Shown here: positions 32,939-64,000 of the stretch, one piece after another
Layout of the letters: each line of letters starts with the position of its first letter
Position numbering within the stretch: the first letter of the stretch is position 1
Assembly (NCBI GenBank): GCA_030141605.1
Contig: JAQGDQ010000240.1
Coordinates: 278,140-342,139 of the forward strand
Source of the DNA: Tubiluchus corallicola
Taxonomy: Eukaryota; Animalia; Priapulida
DNA: 64,000 nt
Reading direction: 5' to 3'
The notes under the pieces: model-generated
Database searches by the model: none
What the model saw: only the letters and a program-made list of their open reading frames with translations
What the model was told of the DNA's origin: nothing
Program-made: the position numbers and the translations under genes

Positions 32939-33673
32939 TTCTAAAAGCACTTCTGGTGAGACTGAAATTATATGCTGTTATAGTGGCATATAGCCATACT
33001 AAATTTTAAAGTAATGTGCAATGTCGTGTCTTCCTACGTATATATAACTTATGTATAACGTATAACGGCCAAAGGGTCGTAAAATCTGGTGACTAACCAA
33101 AAGTTTTCAGATTTTGACTTTAATATCCTCGCAAGCTCTTATCGAGCCATTACAGTTGGATAAAGAACGAAAACTGAATGCACAAGGTACAGCTGATGAT
33201 GAAGATGATGAAAGAAACCAAAAGAGAGACATTAGAGAGAGAGGTGGAGGAGAAAGAGTGTTCCTTTGTTTGATATTGTTGTTACTCTTAAAAATGACCA
33301 TTTCGCAACTAACCTATACGACATTGGTCACTGTGTCAGCCAGCATCTTATTCCAAGACAAGTTTCTTTAATACGTGTGTTTCTTGGGTATATAGTGGTT
33401 CTCATAGGCGTAACTATGGCTCTCATTTCAGAAAAAGTTACAAATGTTCCTAATTACGTTTAGCTACATTATCGATTATCTGTAATCACCCACGTTCTCG
33501 CCTGAAAAGGTGAGGATAATTGAGTATTGTCGCTTATATCAGCATGAGTTGGCATGTCAGTTCGTCCTGACTCACCCGCGTTCGATTACGAAGAACAGTG
33601 GATAATAGATCGATATTTACCTAAGAAAGTGCAACCCACTACAGACAGGTGTTACTGATTGTTCCAACCTTAA

Positions 33674-33712
33674 AGAGAGAGAGAGAGAGCGGGAGTGAGT
33701 GAGTGAATGAGT

Positions 33713-33754
<42 letters not shown>
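33674..33754. repeat. (GA)n/(GAGT)n microsatellite
   Basis: Direct reading. Confidence 0.95.
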
Positions 33755-33764
<10 letters not shown>

Positions 33765-34177
33765 AAGAGGGGGCAAAAACACTGTTGGAGAGGGCGAGTG
33801 GCGAAAGAGAGGAAAAACAGGGCGAAAGAGCAAAAAGGAAAATAAATAATAGACAGAATGAGAAAATGTGTATAGGTGGTTTTTCATTTAACACACAAAA
33901 GCAAATAAATCAACAAATAAATAAATAAAAATAAGTACACTTCAATAATTTGGGATAAGTAAGCAAATAAACAACTATGACGAGAATTAGGGTTACGCGT
34001 TTGCAAATAACTAAACAGGTGCGCGGCAAAAATGACACAGGGAAAATGATCCAATTGGAAAAGTACGTAAAAATAGCACAGGAAAAAAATGGCACGGTGA
34101 AAATGACACCGGAAATAATGGCATAAATGGAAAAGTAGAAAAGAAATGTTATATTGATGCAATTGATTTCTATAATA

Positions 34178-34408
34178 AAACTAGGATGCGCTCAGTAGGA
34201 AGTAGATCTCTGCCAAAGCCGAACTGTAGGAAATGTAGTATCGTCACTGTTTAATGTCACATGACCATTACGTCATCTAGTTAGTAAAAAGCATGTCAGC
34301 AAGCAACCAAGTGTTCTGAGTTTTATCTCATATCTAATTAGTTTAAATATTATGCAAACAAACAAACAAACTGTGTTCAAGCATATATAACTTCCTTGGC
34401 GGAGGTAA
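34178..34408. mobile_element. Short interspersed repeat, possibly non-autonomous Helentron/DINE-like, nested in a degenerate fold-back repeat (~34020-34545)
   Basis: Starts AAACTAG, contains (CAAA)n and ends ATAACTTCCTTGGCGGAGGTAA, an end motif I recognise from common invertebrate repeats. The flanks carry AAAAATGGCAC-like and GTGCCATTTTT-like motifs in inverted orientation. Family assignment is from memory. Confidence 0.4.
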
Positions 34409-36450
34409 AAGTAACTAAAATAATTATCCCCCACGGTAATCCTAAACCTAAACTCGGATTTTACGAAGTGAGCCATTTTTCCGATGCATTTTTACCTAAT
34501 TTTCCATTTGTGCCATTTTTCCTCTGCCATTTTTACCTACATTCGACTGAACAAACTAACTAGTTTCAAGCAACAAAATGCACGAATGAAAATCTTTATA
34601 TCGATCAACCAAAACGTTAATAAGAGAAATTTTGCCTCAGGAGCCAACAGTGCATTTTTGTTTCATAAATAAGAACACTTGTTAACGAATTACGAATAAT
34701 TGGTGGCTAGAACATCAAGTATCCATTACTTCAAAAATGTGTTGATCACCTGTTATCACTTTTACTATTATATGTATCCGTGCTACTATAATAGCACTTT
34801 GGTTTACAAAAATGGGTTTAAGAAGATTTAATATTAAATTCTGCTTCAACTGTAATGCGATACTCAAAGCTTCGTTTCAAATACAGCCAGTCGTCCACTT
34901 ACGATCACACTCGGTTTTGGTCGACCGACCGAAGTTTTACGCGAGCTATTCGCTGGTTCTTCGTCCTTGCAACTAGGGTTGTCACTAAGCCCCCGAATGG
35001 TTGTAACTTGTAAGTAATTCTCACAAGCTTCCTTTATACAGCTTTTTTATTACACACCTTTTCATCAGAACCCGGTCGAAGATTTTTTACTTTTTTCAGT
35101 TTACCGATGTTGATCAATACTTACTGTAGCATTCAAGCATCAAAGCACATTTTGTTGAAATTTCTTGTAGAAACTACACTTGTAGAGAGTAAAAAACGTG
35201 CAAATATTTGCTTGTTTATTTATGCACGGATACTAGAATGCAATAGCTTCAAATAAAGTAATGCTCTCAAACGTGGCATTTCTAGTACTCCGTAAATTCG
35301 CGTAAGCTTTTAACTAGCACTCAGTCTAAGTAGCAGCACAACAAATTTGAAAATTTCATTCAACACTGGATGTACTGACGCTTGAAAGCCTTTGCTAAAA
35401 TGGCATTTATTTTTATTTTTCTCAGATTGCATCGCTCATACTCGAGCTTCAGTGTTACTATATTAAAATGAGTCTACACTACTAATACATAAAAAAGACG
35501 CCAGTATATAATAGTCTATATTGTTAATTACACGCTATGTTATGTTAAAGAAAGAGCTACTTTGTTTGAGAAAAATTGTGTTTAATGTGAATGTTATTGT
35601 ACGCACAAGTATCATTTTCAGATTATTTTGCTGAGCTGACAATGCGGGTTCGGTAACATATGATAAAATTTTTCTATGTCGCTTCCTCGGCACGACAACT
35701 GGCGAGATCGTTTGTTAGCTAGGCCATACCAAAAGCGTTTGAAATGGCCAAGCATTCTGAATCAGAACCAATCGCTTAACACAAGCTGGCTGCTGTGATT
35801 GTTTTGATGCATGTCAGTGATATTGGCTCGGCTAATGTTTATTGTTGCAAAAACCGATAATAAAAAGTTTTATATGCAGCAGCTGATCTTACAGGCTGGT
35901 TTTTCACATTAGACATATTAGTAAGGGAAACAATTTCAAGCCATGGTTTCACAACAATAAGGAAGTAAGAGAAATAGGCATTGAAGAAAAGTGGCAATGT
36001 ACAGTGTCGCGTAAAACAGAAAAATATAAAACAAAGGCGTGAAAGAAAAAGTGGCTCTTGTCCGTTATCTAGGAAGTTTTACGACTAGTTGACAACAATA
36101 AGTGAAAGCGAAAGCTGATCATTTGTCAACATCAATATATCATAATTTTAATACCATTTCGCACGTGCAAGTCATATTACTGACATCACATGCAATAAAG
36201 AAAATTTTAATCGATTTGGTATCCATTATCGAAAATATCAACACAACAAAATTCTTCGTTAAAAACATGCATGAATCCGTCTATGACTTGAAAATTACCT
36301 AACACCTTATGAGAACACACAGTTTTATGATCATATGGTACGTACGATTCTCTACTAGTGAATGAACAGAGTAGCAGTAGTAGTAGTAGCAACACCCGTT
36401 ATCCGGATGTAGTAGTAGTAGTAGGATTACATGTTACATGTTACATGCTA

Positions 36451-36898
36451 TTACATTAAGTAATCGCTCTTAATGTAAGCTACAATTGGTGCGTGATTTG
36501 ACGGAAGTGTAACGTCGTTAATAATCTTGAAAACAGTCACTTTAAATAATAATCGTTTTGAGGAAATTGCAAAATCTATTTGAGACACCCAACGATTTGT
36601 CTTTAACAACAACACCCAACAAAAGTCCACCTTCGAACTCCTGATTATAGTCAAGGTGAAAGAGCAGCCTTAACTCATTATTCATAGATAGCCTCATAAC
36701 ATCGGGGTTATTACTGTATTTCACGTCATTGTTGTGATTAAAAACGGATAATTGCGCAAGTCTGCCATTGAAATCTTCTAGTTCTAGAATTGCCATTATA
36801 AGTACTTCTAGGCCTCTTTCACGGACATCTATAATAGCATTATTCATAACTACAAAATGTTGTATTCTGTAATACGGCGATTCCTGGGGAGGTATATA
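36451..36898 (-). mobile_element. Degenerate LINE fragment (apurinic-like endonuclease domain)
   Basis: The minus strand reads YIPPQESPYY ... EDFNGRL and, after a frameshift, WVSQIDFAISS ... LPSNHAPIV. These match APE motifs YxPP, GDFN, xIDY and SDH in the correct order. Confidence 0.75.
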
Positions 36899-36984
36899 TA
36901 TATATATAGAGGCGATTCACTATCACTAAGCTGACTTGGGAATGCATTTTAATTTAAACAAACATGACTTGCATTGTGAGCATC

Positions 36985-39900
36985 TCAACGAAAACCCAGG
37001 TGAGATGCAGGTGCTACACGAAATCTTGCCATAGATGTATTGTTAAATCTTGCAGTGCCTGTGGTCATTGGCTCAGGGACAAACTTATCGAAAACCACTG
37101 CATAAACTTTTGGAACGAAGAGACAGCAAAGACCCACAAAACCATTGAGTATCAACGCCATAGATAAGAAGATGGCTTTGTATTTTTCCTGTCCGGTAGT
37201 GACGTAAGTGGGTATGAACGCCACCCACATTACGACTGTCGTATAAACGCAGAAGCCGATGAAACGCGATTCGTTAAAATTGTCCGGGAGGTGTCGTGCT
37301 CTAAAAGCATAATAGGTGCAAAGTAGCAAGTAAATGACGTTGACGGAGATGCTAATGATGAACTGGACGGTTGAGAAAGTGCACGCGAGTTCCACGAGAG
37401 GAACAGTTGGTACCTTCATCAAGAAAGTGGCTCTTGGATGGTGAATTAAACCATACACTAGCATTGTAATGATCTGAAAAAAGAAACAAAGCGATTTAAC
37501 CTGGGAGCTAGAAAAGCAGTTTTCGTGACATGCATGTGATAATTATAATTATAGTGTCTTATAATTGTATAATGACTTCTAAGTAAGTAAGACTAAATAT
37601 CCGCATTCATAGGCATGCCTCCAGCAGCACATATTCGTCACACAATTTTAGTTATTTGAGTTTTCCACATGTTTACGTTTTTCGGTTGCAGGAATTGCTA
37701 ACATTGTTTGTGCAATTAGCGGAATATTAATGGATCTGTCAATAAATGTTCCCACTGACAATGAATACACATATTCGTCACACAATAAACGTTCAGGACA
37801 GGATGAAGTTTACAAAAATTGAAAAAAGCTTAGGTGGGTGGATTATTCTTCAAAATTATTCAATTGCTGAAAATAAATTGAAGAAGGTGAATACAATGCT
37901 GCGATGTATTTGTTAACATTTTTGTGACTCGCATTAAAGTAATGAAATAAACGTAAATGGCCCGGAAAACTTCATTCACAGTAGAGTCTTCAATTAAAAA
38001 TATTTATTTCCTTCTATAAACTGCTACTTGTAGTCGTCATTCTGAATTAGCGTGTTTAACTAAAAATGTTAGTAAAATGCGCGGACTCCTAGTATCTATA
38101 CTATTGATGAACCAATATACGTAATAAGTCTAAGAAGTGTTAAAATAGACCTATTTAAAAGTAGCTTAGTACTTTATCATAATAAGTTAGCAATTACTGC
38201 CAACTAGCCAGCTGCTGACCACTTATTTATCATATTTTCGTAGGAGTAGGACCGCCGAAGATATCACTTACTAATTTTTTATGAACTTTGTGTAGATTTT
38301 TCACGAGTTTTACGAGCATTCTTACAAATTTAACGATAAATCCGGCAATGGGCCATGCAAGCAAGGTGTACGATTTCGGAGTTACACTCTGCGCAAAAAT
38401 CCGCATCGCATTCATGTCAGGAAAACTCGTCAATCGTTCAGCAATTTAAAGTTGTAGGGCGACTGAGACTTGTAAAACGACAGAAACTTACTTGCTATAC
38501 ATGACCATAGACTAGATGCACCGCTGTAATTTTAAGCCTGTCCTCAATTTTAAATGCACCTAAATTAATTCTTCTTAGACCAGCATGGATAATATTAAAG
38601 GTTTCACGGCTATTTCAGCAAAATCATAGACGTTACCTCCATCCGGCCATGACATCCAAGCCCCCCTTAGCACACAACCACACATGATTAGATGCCTATA
38701 TGTCTAGATAGTGCATGTCAGTTATATCAGCCATACAATTTGGACAAAATTTTGAATAACTTATCTATTAACTACACAATTAGTTTTTCTACTTAAGTAA
38801 GTATTATGGGAATGATTAAATCAGTTAGTTGCAAAAATTAAAAACTGAGTAGGCGATTAACGATTTAATTAAGTAATTAATTAATTAACACTAGTTCGAT
38901 AATTAAACGGAGAATCGAAGGAGCATTATTTACCTGTACACCTATCAGTCCACATGCAATAGTTACTTGAGAAAATGGACTAATCAGGCGAGGTCTTTCA
39001 GCCGTTGACTTGGCTTGAGCAAAGATTCTATATATTCGATTAGTACGTGTTAGTAACGGCGCATAAATTATGGTCACAGACAAATTGAACCCAAAGATGC
39101 GAATTATGCATGAGGTGTCAGTCGGCTTGCAAAGAAATGCGAAAACTACTAAATAGGAAACGATAATACCCATCATCATTATAGCAGACAGCTCACGACT
39201 GCACGCTTTTATAAGAAGTGCATGTCTTTTATAGATGAAGAAAGCTGATACAAACATTGAGCAGCAAAGGCCGATGAGAGTGATCGTAAACAAAGTGACA
39301 GCTTCCAATGCAGTATAGTGTAAATACTCAGCTTCAACTGTCTGGCAACTTGTATGATTATCATTTGGCCAGGTAAATAACGGGCACTGGATACAGTCAG
39401 TATCATTGTCCACCAAATACTCGTTACTTCTACATCGTCGACATTCCCAACAGCAAGGCACCTCCATTTGGACTTTGTAATGTTTAGGAGGACAAGGCTT
39501 ACTGCATAATGCTTCTGGAATGCCCAAATTACCAGTTTCTTCACTTCCATTATTAGGCCACTCCATCAGAGTATCGTTTATTTGTAAACCCATTTCTTTA
39601 TTCCACTCACCGACTATTTTCATAACATACTTATTTTTAGAAAGAACCAAGTTTTCTATCGCCACTTTTCCTCGAATATCTCCATTTTCATCAAACGTTA
39701 TCTTGCCATCAAATGAATCACTTGTAAATGAAACGTTTTTCAGGTAGTCAATCAGAACGTCTCCCTTTATGCATGACATTAAATTGCCGTTGCTCATACC
39801 ATGACAGTGCACTCTTAGGTATGCATCAAGGGCATGAACAAAGGCATTGATAGCATCTGTTACTAAGGAAGTCCTGTCTTGAGGACCATGATCTTCCATT

Positions 39901-41021
39901 GTAGCATTATTCAATGGACAATGCGTTTTTCCAACCGCGTGTGAAAGGCTACAGCTGTAATACTTCTCCCAATACTGTCTAAACCAGGGATTGTTCTTAT
40001 TATCTTCAAGAGTCTGTTTCCTGAACCAGTGATTGAAACCTGGAACAGATGCCTTCTGTGGTTTCACGCTGATCATACCCCGCGCTACGTCAAACACCTC
40101 GCTTAGCTCGCCTGCCGATTCGGCCCAGCTATCAGGAGCCAGGAATATGAAGTGACTGACATATCCGATGTGCCTAAGAGCCTTCATAAGATTGGGGCCA
40201 TTGTAAGAACTACGATGAGTCAGCATTATAACAACTCGAGCATTAGCAAACTCAGCCAGATGTGCTGCCATTCTCTCATAATGCTCAACGCCCATGGAGT
40301 AATTAAGTTTTTCTTTTACTGCGAAACATATTCCCTGAGGCTCAGCGAGTTTTACAATGTACTTTGCGCTTTCAAGCCCATATGAATCATCCATGTAAAG
40401 CAAAGAAACGTATGTCCACCGAAACCATATTAAGACATCAACGATGGATGTCATGATCACTGAGTTTGGTACTATAGTACGAAACTGGTAGGTGTAGATG
40501 TCTTTGTTACTCAGGACATCATTGGTTGCTGTGTAACTAATTTGAGGGATGTGGAATAAGTTCAAGAGATGAGCAGTGAGTTGAGTAACAGACGAATAAG
40601 CGCCTCCGATTACACCAACCACTTTCGGGTTATTAGTCCGATTTAGAGACGTGGGACAATCGCCTGGTATGAAATCCAGCACACGTGCGAGGGCAGTAGT
40701 ATCCTTTCCACACGTATCTGCAATAATATAACCCAGAGTGATATTTGGCAGTAGGAGAGGATTTTTATTCACCATATCTACTGAATATATCATACTGTAT
40801 GAGTATGGCACGTAGAAACCATTACTCCTGAGAATGTCCATTTTGCAAAATCCCGGAGTTGCACTTTTGTGGACAGGAAACAACCCTGCTAGAATCAGAT
40901 CACCTTCTGACTGAACAGTGTAAGATTGCAAACCTTCTATAACTCTTCCTTCAGTAACTTTTGCGTAGATAGTACATGACGCCAATACTATTAAAGTCCA
41001 TATTGAGCCTGATTTGTTCAT
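36985..41021 (-). CDS. Metabotropic glutamate receptor-like class C GPCR, 858 aa; exons 41021-38934 and 37473-36985
   Basis: Signal peptide, Venus flytrap domain (GDLILAGLFPVH, PNITLG, IPQISY, WTYVS, NPWFRQYWE), Cys-rich domain (CSKPC...CCWECRRC...CIQCP) and 7TM (LIKACSRELS, TRTNRIYRIF, LPDNFNESRFIGF, FVPK). One phase-0 GT-AG intron (37474-38933) within TM4. Confidence 0.93.
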
Positions 41022-41365
41022 TGCTGACTGTGATTAACCAAAGGTTGTCTGATCACACGGTACGCCAGAAGCATATGTGAGAAATTATTGTAGCAGTGGG
41101 TTACACTGAGTTACACAACATACGCATGCTCTACTTTCCGCGTTTGACATTGACAGGCATGTTTGTTATTGACAGATACAATATGCAGATATTTGTGATT
41201 ATTTTTATTGAATCCAGGTAGTATTATGGTTGTCACTATAGTTCGTTATTAGCAGCAGTTAGTGACTTGCGTGCATTGTTGTTTACAGTTGTCAAATCAA
41301 CTTTAACGCGGCCTATGAAATCAATGAACAAAGAGGATGCTAAGCAACGATGTTGAGAGATGATC

Positions 41366-41467
<102 letters not shown>

Positions 41468-41843
41468 GGGGAGAGGGGAAAGAGAGGGAGGGGGGAGGGG
41501 AGAGAGATAATTATACGTTGCTTTGTCAGCCACTGTGATTATTGTAGTGGCCACCTTACTGACTTGAATTAAATCAAATATCAAAAATAAATAATAAAAT
41601 TTCCGCTGGTCCCTGTTACGTTCAAGAAACAGTGCATGGTTGTGCATAAAAAAATTTTAAGACTGACATCTATAGACATGTCTATAACTATTATTGTTTC
41701 AACAGAGTAGTTTAGTAGGTAACAGAACATTATCAAAAAAAATCAGCAGTCAAAAACCCATATTTGTATCAATGTCTTACTCGATTACAAACACACATAT
41801 ATGCAAGTACGTTCTTTTTTACGCTTCTAAAATGTAATTTAAC

Positions 41844-41879
41844 CAAGGACTACTATACACAGTTGTATAGTAGTCCTTG
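41844..41879. mobile_element. 36-bp TIR-only remnant, probable P-superfamily transposon excision footprint
   Basis: CAAGGACTACTATACA-CAGT-TGTATAGTAGTCCTTG (perfect 16-bp inverted repeat) flanked by an exact 8-bp direct repeat AATTTAAC (41836-41843 and 41880-41887). Confidence 0.75.
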
Positions 41880-42543
41880 AATTTAACATATAATAAACCT
41901 TATTATTATTTGCGATTTGTCCAAAATGTTTTTGGACCAAAAAATTGATTTATATTTCAGCGAACAACAGTTAACAAGTAAATTAATAATAATAATAATT
42001 GCTATGTAATATTCATTAGCAATACTTTTGTATTTTGTATTTTGAACATTTCACTGGTCCGTGTAATATGTACATAATTCTCGTCGTTTTGTTACATTGC
42101 TTTATTCAACAGATCTTTTGATTATTAAGGCAAGCTTGCTGCGTAATTTCTTCATGACGCTTATTTTGAGTTACTTAAAGAAATTACAGCCTTCAGAAAA
42201 TAGCCAATCAAATAAGACAGTAAATATAGAGTAATAATATTAATATAAAGCACTTTCTCGTCACTGCAAAAAAGAACAGGAAAGGAATTGCGTGCATTGG
42301 TATTGCAGCTCTTTCTTTAAGTACCCGTGCATATATACCTCTTCTAACATCTTTTCGTTTCTATACCTTTCCTTCCTACACGTCCTTAAAATTGGCTAGT
42401 GTTGTCATTTAATTAAAACAAGAACAATAAATCAATTACGTATTTTGGTATTTAAAGAAGCAACACTACATTAGAATCTAATAAATGTTCAGAGCTTTTT
42501 AAATTTTCTTTGGTCCTCTTCTGTTTGTGGTTCTGTTACGGCT

Positions 42544-60615
<18,072 letters not shown>

Positions 60616-61009
60616 CTATAAAAACATATGCTAATACAGAGATGTTTTACGAGTAATTTTGGTAGATGAATCAAAATTTAATGCATTGCAATACGTTTAA
60701 TCGCCGTCTCAATGGCTATTAAAAGACGAAAAATAGTCTATTTTAAAAAGAACAAACTCTTATTTACTGTAAGATGCTCTTAGAGAACACAACAGCCCTT
60801 GTCTGAGACACTATAAGCAAATAATTAACGTATAATTAAAACTATTTAAGCCAAAATAGGTACTAGTAAACTAATGATCTAATATACTTGTATAGTACCA
60901 GAATCCTGTGTCTAGCAACTGAACTTTAGGCGACATGGACAACTAGTCAGATAAACATTTACTTTCACAGTTCAGTCGGTTCCATTGGAAATAAGTAATA
61001 ATTTTTACA

Positions 61010-61135
61010 TTATAGGTGTAGTTTAAACGTCTGTAATCGTTAACTGTCGCATGTGCTTTGTGTTTTCTTTGACTCTAATTCTTGTAATTTACTATTGTTC
61101 TGATTTCAGACGTCACAAATAAAGAATGATTGATT
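61010..61135 (+). mobile_element. Possible 3' end of a non-LTR retroelement
   Basis: T-rich UTR-like stretch ending AATAAAGAATGATTGATT (poly(A) signal plus short tandem tail). No coding evidence; the left boundary is approximate. Confidence 0.3.
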
Positions 61136-64000
61136 CTGTTCTTGCCCAGAAAAAAGGTTCGCATTTCGTGGCTATTACTCTTGGACGTATAAACTCACTT
61201 TGCAAGTATTTATTATAAGCCATTTACAACAACTGTCAGCATCCTGTAACGTTTTGAAACAATGCAACAAAAATATATATTTCCATTCCTGTTTGCAATT
61301 TTGTGTCATTTAGTTCGTACTTTTCGTGCTATCAAATTCAACTACAGGATTCGCAATGTCAATCGATATTATTTTGACGCAAACTTTGTCAGCTGAGCGT
61401 GCAGTAGTGAAAAGTTTACGCTACTTTTTGGTAGAATTACTTAGTGAGCCTGCTTCTCTTTAAGCATTAAGTGAATGAATAACATAACGATATCTGTAAG
61501 CAGTTAATAATTAAATCAGGTATTTTAAGGACTAAACAGAAATCAATAATAGCAGATGGCCTGATAAAACACACCCTCCCCGCAATTTTATTGCATGTCC
61601 ATAATATAATCTATAATTAATCAAAAGTATAGTGCAGCCATTATCTGATATAAGCCGAACGAAATATTCTAGTTACGGATTGAGTAATCGAGTCATATTA
61701 CCAGTCGTATGTTTATAACGCAGATCACGTCATGATGTGAAATTTTAATAGTTGGGTACACACACAAACACCACTGATCAAAATCTGAAAACCCAAATTT
61801 TGCTGAAATTTTATAAGCCAGTAGCGCAAATAACCTCATATAAATAATGATCAGAGCATTGGTTATAATGGATATCTTACTAAAAACAGAACAGAAATGT
61901 CTCAAAAAATGAAGGAGAAAATTATTTTGAACGTGTTACCTCGTTCCTAACGTTAAAAGAAGACTGTGATTCTAACCGAAAAACCTAAATGACTTGAACA
62001 AGATTTGCAGACAAAAATTGTAAGGCTTATTGGGCTATTGATGATAACGACATTATTGACAACGACAGTGACAACGGTAACAGCTTCATCACCCAGCTCC
62101 TGCAGCTTGTAGTAGTGTGTTTTTAAAATCGACCCAAAATAAATGTTTGTTTTGACTTTATCTTATCTTATCCTATCCTCATTATAACCGTCTAGTGGAC
62201 ATTTTCTTGAACCCGACTTACCGACCGGTCACCTAGTGGACTTTGTCCAATTGCTTCATCACAGTGGGCCTTTTTTAATCCCAGTAATAATGCCAATGCT
62301 TTTAGCAAGGAAACTGCGACTGCACAAATAGGTGTACGGTGCGGCGTCTGGGATGGGGCGGCCGTAACTCTTCTAGGGCAAATGAATTGTGCAAATAATT
62401 TTCAAAGCAAATAATTCAATTTGAAAATTTTAAACTTTGAGATTTCAAGCTTCAAATATCGCTTATGGTTAGGCTACGTGCTGCTTACTAGATGCTATTA
62501 AAATATTTCGTGTAGGCATATTGTTTTTTCTTAACGCACGGTGTAATTGCCGATTGTGTGAGATTCTCGAGGCTTCCACACTCAAAATTTAGCTCAAAAT
62601 AGATGCTCAATTGATTGAGCAATACTTTGGTGCTATAAATTGTTCTGTACCCTTAGCGAAAGCTTAAGTTGCACTCTGCACTACCTGCTATCAAATTTGA
62701 TTCACTGAAGCCGTCTAGGTTCTTTTGCACGCTCATCAATGTACATTGTATAGGTATGTTTGCAAAGAAAAAATAGACTATCACCATTATTATTATTTTT
62801 TTAATTTCCCAAACATGTGAAAGTACTTGAATGTTTGCTCGCGAAAAAGTATAAACATTCAACATAGGCGTAGCTAGAGCTTGTGGCACCAGGAGGCGGC
62901 ACTTTAGTTTTCTGCTCCATCGCACATTAGAAAAACGATGTAGAAATATCCTTGAACAGGAAGGTATATACTTGTAAAACTTAGCTGTGTTACGTTACAT
63001 TTGGGATGAATTGATAAAATTATAAAGCAATACTGAAAAAAATTGTTTCAGAGAAAGTGAAATCTTCCTGCATGCTTCAAAACGTACGATGCTCAGAATC
63101 TTCTTCAAATGTTCACACAGGAAAGGGCGTGATTATTATGGCTAGTTTAAATACTGGTAACATTCTTCCGGGACGTCGGAAAGCAACGTCGGATTATAAC
63201 AGAAGCATCGCGATAATAGAGGTGTTTGTCTTTTTTTACCTTTATAATTAACTGAAAACACTATAATCGGTAATTAACGAGAATGACACAAATCAGCATA
63301 ATTTAATTGAGAAGAGTTCAGCAGAAAAGTAATATACTGGGTGTCAAAACAATACTGCAATTTCTTACGAAAGATAGATCAACTTAGTAGCTGTACAATG
63401 GTTGCTACACTTTTAATTACACGTCAACTTGTGTTTTAAAGATCAGAACTAAAAGAAAATACAGACTTTGGAGGCGATACATGTTTAAAAACTGATGAAT
63501 TGACTGAAATGAGCCAAAAATACTGCTGGAGCAAAAGTAAGGTGATATTGCAGTGGCTAGACATGTATAGACATGGTTTACACTATCTGGGACAATCTGC
63601 GACAATAGAGGGATCGTGGAGATTTGTGGAAAGGCTTCATACAGGTTCTTCTCTACCTCTCAGCCAGTCCTGTTAACAATTCTATCCTGTTTTACTTTCA
63701 AATGTACGCATATAACATATTAAATTTATTAATAAAATACTGTTTATACCAATACAGGGATCGCAAAATATCAACCAACTAGCGCTTAAGGGAGTTCACT
63801 TCATAATGGCCTATTAGGCGCTTTAACTGGCTACCTACTTTACAACCCAAGAAATTTACTCTCACACTGCACGGTTAAACACGATAGAAGAATATAGTGA
63901 AACACACCAAATATACTGCGAAAATGTGTGTATGCATGAAAGTGTGTTTTCATTAACAAAATTGTGAAGATCGCCGATATTTGGCAGTTGGGAACTCGGG

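Noticed and set aside
61199-61243. Extra 45-nt upstream exon of the GABA-B-like gene (DADSCCKWLIINTCK, AG/GTGAGT bounded)
   Set aside because: Splice signals fit, but the peptide does not resemble the expected DARIIxGxFxxxxAxxVFC segment.

Overview
AT-rich eukaryotic (invertebrate-like) genomic DNA with spliced genes. From left to right: the 3' part of a ZC2HC1A-like zinc-finger gene (+, 1465-6313); a convergent, apparently complete PHTF gene (-, 9941-28102); a repeat-rich interval; a nearly intronless mGluR-like class C GPCR (-, 36985-41021); and a multi-exon GABA-B-receptor-like gene (-, 42544 to >60615, 5' exons not located). A 7.47-kb BEL/Pao LTR retrotransposon (45153-52621, ~98% identical LTRs, ATGAT target duplication inside an (ATG)n microsatellite) lies in the TM5-TM6 intron of the GABA-B-like gene. 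The standout is that its Gag contains a full-length, intronless glycogenin (GT8) catalytic domain, placed between an N-terminal SAP/coiled-coil region and the Gag core. It is in frame with Gag at both junctions and keeps the catalytic and self-glucosylation residues. This copy is decayed (frameshifts, stops, RT deletion). Also present are several MITEs, a probable P-element excision footprint, a palindromic 24-bp minisatellite and a LINE endonuclease fragment. All calls come from manual reading and remembered family motifs; no database searches were run.
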